Made by a program: the position numbers and the translations under genes. This document shows positions 58,741 to 64,000 of a stretch of DNA of 64,000 bases, one piece after another. The notes beneath the pieces are model-generated. The model was given only the letters and a program-made list of their open reading frames with translations. It did no database searches and was not told where the DNA came from. Positions within the stretch are counted from its first letter, which is position 1; every line of letters begins with the position of its first letter. The stretch is taken from positions 128,001-192,000 of the forward strand of contig JBFWNW010000002.1 of NCBI GenBank assembly GCA_050250855.1, in the 5' to 3' direction. Origin of the DNA: Candidatus Babeliales bacterium (GTDB lineage: Bacteria; Babelota; Babeliae; Babelales; JACPOV01).

Positions 58741-61488
58741 ATGAAAAAAATATTCTATAGCGCTGTATGGTTGATAGTTTTTTGTGGTTTTTATAGTGAT
58801 ATGCACTCTTCAGGGGTGCTCTTGCCAGATAGTTTGCGTGTGGGGCATTGTGCCTTTACATCGCCAGTTACTTCTTTTATAGGGGCAGGAAAACCAGGAG
58901 CAGGGGCTTATACGCTTTCACGCTTTGATAGCAGAATACTCACGCCATTAGCACAAGAAAAAGTTACGCTTAATCAGGTGGAAGATCAGCAGAACCCCTT
59001 TTATGATGAAGCTATTATTCATTTAAAAGCTTTTTATACCAATCCTCTTTTAGTTTATGCAAACAAGCCCCACGATATTTATTATGTGACCAATTTTGCA
59101 ACGGATAAAAATCCTATGGGCGTTATGGCAGCATGTAATATTGCTGATGCGCAAGGAAACACTACCGCGGGCATAGCAGCGCTTACGGTTTATCAAACTG
59201 TTCAAGAAAAAGATATTGAAAATCGCAATAGCTATATTATTGCAGCGGTAAAAAGTGCTGAAGGTTCTATGGCACAACCTGGAGCTGGCCTTGCTCTTTT
59301 AAAATTTCATGCAGGAAAACTTAATTGCTTTGATGCGGTAACTGGTACAGCCGATGGTAATAAAGCATTTCCTTTTGACATAGATCCCGCAGCACAAGAA
59401 TTGGTTCAGATTAATGGTGGTCTTGATTCAATAGGAGACGTCGTTGATTTTTGCTGGGATGATAATTTTGAACGTTTTTATGTAGCATTACAGATAAAAA
59501 CAAAAGATGATGCAGCTTCGCACCAAGGAGCATGCGCGCTTCTTGTTGGCCGCGTTTGGGAAGATAAGATTTATCTAGATCCTATTGTGCCAGGAACTGT
59601 ATTTTCAGCTGATAAAAATAATATCGTTGGTGCTGTTGGGCAAGGACGTTATGTTTCTCTGCATAAACTAACAACAATGCACACTTCATGTGGATTGCCT
59701 TATTTGGTTGTTGTGGGTGGCAATGGAAAACCGGAAGAAACAGCATCTTCTGTCTATGCATTTCCCTTAACAAATCGTGTTGATAAAAATTTTGGTATGA
59801 GATCTCGCTTTCAAGATGCAGCGCATGGCGCTCTGGCAAAAAGAAAAAGTGCAGCCCGTGCCCTCTTTTTACCAGGAAGGTTTGGCCGTTTTAAAGGTCG
59901 CGTCATTGATGAACAAGCAACGAAACAAGAAGATTTTTATAGTGCTGATCAAAAAGAGGTTATAGTCGGTGGCGGTGCTTTATTACCAAATAAAATCACT
60001 CATGTTATGGCCGTCAGAGATTGTGTGATAGTAATGGTGCAAGAAGATGGCAATGGCCAAGAAGCTGGTGTTTTTTCTTCACAAGCACTTTATGATGAAC
60101 ATGGTTTTATTGCTGCATGGTCGCCATGGAAACGCATCTCTGGTTCATCATCACATCCTTTAGATTTTATAATAGAGCCTCATCGCTTTGTTGTTAATAT
60201 AATAGAATCAGAAAATTCTGTACTATCTTTAAAATCTGCTGATTGGCGCTATACGCCATCGATGGAACTTATTAATAAAGAAGAACTTTTACTCCATGAA
60301 CTTTTGCAAAAAGAGTTTCCACCAGAGGTAGGTGGTATTCAAGGATTATTTGATTTTGATACAGTAACACGTGGTGTTTCTGGTCAGCAAAAAAGTTCTT
60401 GTATGATTGCAACCGGCAATAATAAAGTAGTTTGGGTGCAAACAAGTACAGAAGGTGCTGATGGCATAGTGCATGCCTACAAAAAGTTCTCATCTCTTGC
60501 GCATGCAACGAATGCTTCTTTAGAGCATGATTTTCCTGAAACTATGCAGGCTATTTCATTTTCTGGTGGTGCGCTCCAAGAATTAGGGCCTATAACTTCA
60601 GCATGTTTTGTGCATACTCAAAATCAAACTTATCTATTAGTGGGGGGCGTAGATGGATTGGCTCTTCTTACTGATGCGTATGGTAATGGTTGGTCAACGC
60701 ATGAAGGCTTAGGTAAAAGTTTTAGTAATTTACCGCATGCTCTTTCCTTTAAGAAAATTGGTGATTATCAATTTGTTCAAAAATTAATTTTTTATAACGG
60801 TCATCTTTATATTTTAACTGATAGCCGTCTTGATTGTGTTCCATGGACTACTGATGTGGCAGCAGGAACTGCTTGGCCAGCAAGAACATTACTATCACAC
60901 AAAGAATTACAAGCTACCTTCAAAGATGTTCTTATTTCTCATGCATGTATTATGCTTGCAACAGGAAAAGGATTATTTGTTGGTGCTGAGGATATAGCAG
61001 AAAATCCTGGTGCTTTAAGGTGGCACACAATTGCCTTGCCTGGATCATCAGTAGCAGCTCTAAAACTGTATGCTGTTACCCATTCAGGAGAGCAAGCAGA
61101 TTTTATTAATGAAGGGCAAATTTTTGTTTTACTTGGCTCTGTCTCTCAGGCAGAAGCAGAACTGTATCGCCTATCAATTAGCAATGGCAAAATTTCTTTA
61201 GTAGAAGATTTTGATTTTAAAGGAGACATTGCTCGTTTCATTTCCTTTGGTGGTTTTCGTGACAACTTTGCCACAGATGGTTTGGTATTTATAAGTACTC
61301 GTTCTGCTGGTAGTCCTATGGCACATGTATTGCCTACCTTTGTTGCGGGAAAACTTGTTGCTTCTTCAAAAGGATATATAGTGCCTATTGATGCACCTCG
61401 TATTTTTGATATTCGTCAAATTGCCAGAAATTCAGCAACGGGTAGTTGGCTAGTAGGGGGCGATTTTGGCGTATGCATGCATGAATAA
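58741..61488 (+). CDS. Large exported beta-rich (beta-propeller-like) hypothetical protein
   Basis: Signal MKKIFYSAVWLIVFCGFYS; blade-like motifs (LLVGGVDGLALL, MLATGKGLFV, WLVGGDFGV). Confidence 0.6.
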   Translation: MKKIFYSAVWLIVFCGFYSDMHSSGVLLPDSLRVGHCAFTSPVTSFIGAGKPGAGAYTLSRFDSRILTPLAQEKVTLNQVEDQQNPFYDEAIIHLKAFYTNPLLVYANKPHDIYYVTNFATDKNPMGVMAACNIADAQGNTTAGIAALTVYQTVQEKDIENRNSYIIAAVKSAEGSMAQPGAGLALLKFHAGKLNCFDAVTGTADGNKAFPFDIDPAAQELVQINGGLDSIGDVVDFCWDDNFERFYVALQIKTKDDAASHQGACALLVGRVWEDKIYLDPIVPGTVFSADKNNIVGAVGQGRYVSLHKLTTMHTSCGLPYLVVVGGNGKPEETASSVYAFPLTNRVDKNFGMRSRFQDAAHGALAKRKSAARALFLPGRFGRFKGRVIDEQATKQEDFYSADQKEVIVGGGALLPNKITHVMAVRDCVIVMVQEDGNGQEAGVFSSQALYDEHGFIAAWSPWKRISGSSSHPLDFIIEPHRFVVNIIESENSVLSLKSADWRYTPSMELINKEELLLHELLQKEFPPEVGGIQGLFDFDTVTRGVSGQQKSSCMIATGNNKVVWVQTSTEGADGIVHAYKKFSSLAHATNASLEHDFPETMQAISFSGGALQELGPITSACFVHTQNQTYLLVGGVDGLALLTDAYGNGWSTHEGLGKSFSNLPHALSFKKIGDYQFVQKLIFYNGHLYILTDSRLDCVPWTTDVAAGTAWPARTLLSHKELQATFKDVLISHACIMLATGKGLFVGAEDIAENPGALRWHTIALPGSSVAALKLYAVTHSGEQADFINEGQIFVLLGSVSQAEAELYRLSISNGKISLVEDFDFKGDIARFISFGGFRDNFATDGLVFISTRSAGSPMAHVLPTFVAGKLVASSKGYIVPIDAPRIFDIRQIARNSATGSWLVGGDFGVCMHE

Positions 61489-61511
61489 GATTTGAAAAAG
61501 GATTAACAACA

Positions 61512-62789
61512 ATGGTATTGAGAGAAAAGCGTTCTGTTTCTTTATTTGGTTTACTTCTTTGTGTAGTACAACAAAGTTTTGCTTTTTTTCCTATTAATAT
61601 ATTTAGGCCATGGGATATTAATTTACGACCACCTCGCTGGCATGATACAAAATTACAGGCAACTTTGTGGTCGGAAAATAGTTTGCAGGCACACGGTTAC
61701 AATGCAGATGGTAATCAAGTTAATGTTATGCAACTATGGTCTCGAACGCAAGATGCCTTAGCGATGTTGAAAGGTTTTGGGCCTTCAAGTCAAATAACGC
61801 AATTTTTAGAAAATGATTTAATGAGCCCAACTGATAATGGCGTACGTGGTCACGTTGCGTATACAGGAAAATTTAAAGCAAAAGGATATGGTTTAAATTT
61901 TCGTTATCATGCACCGCATAATATTACGCTTGGCTTTTATTTCCCTATTTATGATATGAGTTTGAAAAAAGTACAGTATGTTGATCAAACAGCTTTGTAT
62001 GATGTTCCTATGAGCCAAGAAAATCTTAAAGTACGTCAATTACTGACAAGTCGCTTGCAACAAGTGGTAAATATGTTTGATCCAAAACTAAATCTTGGTG
62101 ATTGGTCACGAGCAGGATTTGGTGATGTTACTTTTATGGCAGAGTGGTGGCGATTATTCAAACAAGGTCGCCCTATTTTAAAAACTGTTTCTCTGCAGGC
62201 GCGTGGTGGCATGATTTTTCCAAGCGGTGTTCGTGTTAATGATAATGATATTTTGTCCATTCCATTCGGTTGTGATGGTTCAGTTGGGATGATTTTTGGT
62301 GGCGGTATTAATTTAAATTGGTTTAGTGTTTTCCATGGCGGGATTGATGTAGAATTTTTACAATTTTTTGGTAATACCCGTAATCGTCGTATAAAAATTC
62401 AGCAAGAGCAAACAGACTTTTTATTGCTAGCAAAAGCGAAAGCACATAAAGATTTTGGCTTTATTCAACGTTTTAATTTATACCTTGAAGCATATCAAGT
62501 GTGGCATGGTCTTTCTGCGCGTGCAACGTATCAGTTCTGGAAAGAGTCTGATAGTAAATTAACCTTATGCACTAATGAATTTTCAAATGATATAGCAAAT
62601 ACTGCTGAAAGTTTGCAAGAATGGACAATGCACCAAGCTATTTTCCAGATAAGCTACGATTTTCAAACAGATGTTTCTGATCGCTCTCATTTTAAGCCGC
62701 AAATTTCATTGTTTTATAAATTCCCTTTCAATGGCCAACGTGCAATACTTCTAAATACGGTAGGGGCAATGTTGAGCTTAAGTTTTTAA
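61512..62789 (+). CDS. Putative outer-membrane beta-barrel protein
   Basis: Signal ending SFA; AGFGDVTF, FPSG, terminal strand VGAMLSLSF. Confidence 0.6.
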   Translation: MVLREKRSVSLFGLLLCVVQQSFAFFPINIFRPWDINLRPPRWHDTKLQATLWSENSLQAHGYNADGNQVNVMQLWSRTQDALAMLKGFGPSSQITQFLENDLMSPTDNGVRGHVAYTGKFKAKGYGLNFRYHAPHNITLGFYFPIYDMSLKKVQYVDQTALYDVPMSQENLKVRQLLTSRLQQVVNMFDPKLNLGDWSRAGFGDVTFMAEWWRLFKQGRPILKTVSLQARGGMIFPSGVRVNDNDILSIPFGCDGSVGMIFGGGINLNWFSVFHGGIDVEFLQFFGNTRNRRIKIQQEQTDFLLLAKAKAHKDFGFIQRFNLYLEAYQVWHGLSARATYQFWKESDSKLTLCTNEFSNDIANTAESLQEWTMHQAIFQISYDFQTDVSDRSHFKPQISLFYKFPFNGQRAILLNTVGAMLSLSF

Positions 62790-63010
62790 TTGGGAGCACT
62801 ATTTCTTTTTTTTTGTTGAGGACATTGGATTTCTTTAGGATGAGGCATTGGACAGCAGTGAAATGAATGTATTTTATATACTTTTTGTTTAGTTTGTTGC
62901 TGTATATCTGCATCAGAGGGCTTAGAAGGTTTGCTTTGGGTTTGACTACAATCAATTTCTCTATGCACAAAGAGCATGGCAATCAAAGAGAGTATCTGAT
63001 AAAAATTCAT
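62786..63010 (-). CDS. Small hypothetical protein, possible signal peptide
   Basis: 74-aa ORF with AAGGG SD and hydrophobic N-terminus. Confidence 0.4.
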   Translation of the reverse strand: MNFYQILSLIAMLFVHREIDCSQTQSKPSKPSDADIQQQTKQKVYKIHSFHCCPMPHPKEIQCPQQKKRNSAPN

Positions 63011-63087
63011 GAAATAACCCTTTATTTGTTAATTATTTTTATCACTATAATAAAGGATTATTTTGAATTGTAAAAATATTAATTGAG

Positions 63088-64000
63088 CTATATTTTTGGC
63101 AGAAGATCAGTAACAATGCCACGATTTTTCGCAAGTATTTTTGCTTCCGTCTCTTCAAGTGCACGGCGCAATCTATCAACCTTGGACTCAATAAACTCTT
63201 CTGATTCTTCAAGAGTAAGCATTAAAAGTTTACCATGATGAATATCATCACGAATATTTTGAATAAGATCTAGGGGGAGCTCAGATCCTGTCAAATCAAG
63301 AAAGTGAACAAATCTACTGATTAATGATTGAAAAAGATCATCAAGTTCATCTTGATTAACCAAGGAGCAATTATGAAGTTCTTCAAGTCTTTTGCCTATG
63401 CTTTTTACACTTGTCCAAACCTCTTCTTGGTCAAGAGGACTCCAAATAACTTTGTTAAGAGTTATATCTAAAAAGCGAATAATATTTTGACGTAATTGTT
63501 CTTGATTAACGTGCGTTTGTGTGAAAGAGCTTTTATTAAGCTCTTGAATAATAGTGCTAGCAGCTTCATCAAGAAAGGCATCAGGATCTTGCTTAAAGTA
63601 AGCAAAATTAGAAAGAAACATAGTGTAAAGGGTGCGCTTAATACTATTTTTTGCTTCAGTAAAAAGAGATGATGGTTTTTTTACAAAATAGCTATCAAGA
63701 ATTTTAGGAAGTTTATCAAGAAGGTTGCAGTAAGCATCTGGGCTTACATAATTACAATGTTTTACTTTATTGCAAAAAAGACGAAACGTCGATTGCATGT
63801 AAGCCATATCTTGGTTGCTATCAAGCCCAAATTCTAAAAATTCTACGAGATGACAAAAATTATGAGGCAAAAATTCTTCAGCATATTCTTGGCGAGAAAA
63901 GACATGCCTAAAAAAGCAGCGTATACCAGACCGCGTAAATTTAAGCGGCTGACAAAAACTACTCAAAAGTTTATCATTATGTGAAAATGATTCTGATGGA
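63088..64000 (-). CDS. Hypothetical helical protein, 5'-truncated by window edge
   Basis: 292-aa ORF whose frame remains open to position 63999. Confidence 0.6.
   Translation of the reverse strand, partial: PSESFSHNDKLLSSFCQPLKFTRSGIRCFFRHVFSRQEYAEEFLPHNFCHLVEFLEFGLDSNQDMAYMQSTFRLFCNKVKHCNYVSPDAYCNLLDKLPKILDSYFVKKPSSLFTEAKNSIKRTLYTMFLSNFAYFKQDPDAFLDEAASTIIQELNKSSFTQTHVNQEQLRQNIIRFLDITLNKVIWSPLDQEEVWTSVKSIGKRLEELHNCSLVNQDELDDLFQSLISRFVHFLDLTGSELPLDLIQNIRDDIHHGKLLMLTLEESEEFIESKVDRLRRALEETEAKILAKNRGIVTDLLPKI

Overview
AT-rich bacterial chromosome segment. The gene content resembles Candidatus Babelota (Dependentiae/TM6), intracellular parasites of protists; this is inferred from a type II secretin, many signal-peptide ORFans, ankyrin and LRR proteins and lineage-type beta-barrels, and was not confirmed by any search. 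Housekeeping genes include eno, aspS, nfo, infB, nusA, tsaD, smpB/ssrA, pth, alaS, atpD/atpC, lon, murJ, acpS and tRNA-fMet. The probable oriC lies at 13.6-13.95 kb, with no dnaA in the window: 8 perfect DnaA boxes in two helically phased arrays, DnaA-trios and an AT-rich DUE. The most interesting signal is a putative Sec-dependent (possibly T2SS) host-targeted secretome. It comprises a glutamine synthetase and a PP-loop enzyme that both carry signal peptides, two tandem proteins with OspF/SpvC/lanthipeptide-lyase-like motifs, five signal-peptide ORFans with tail-anchor-like C-termini, and a recurrent Met directly after the predicted cleavage site. A family of covarying REP-like palindromes also forms inverted pairs and nests inside itself. 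No CRISPR array, intact transposase or prophage was seen.
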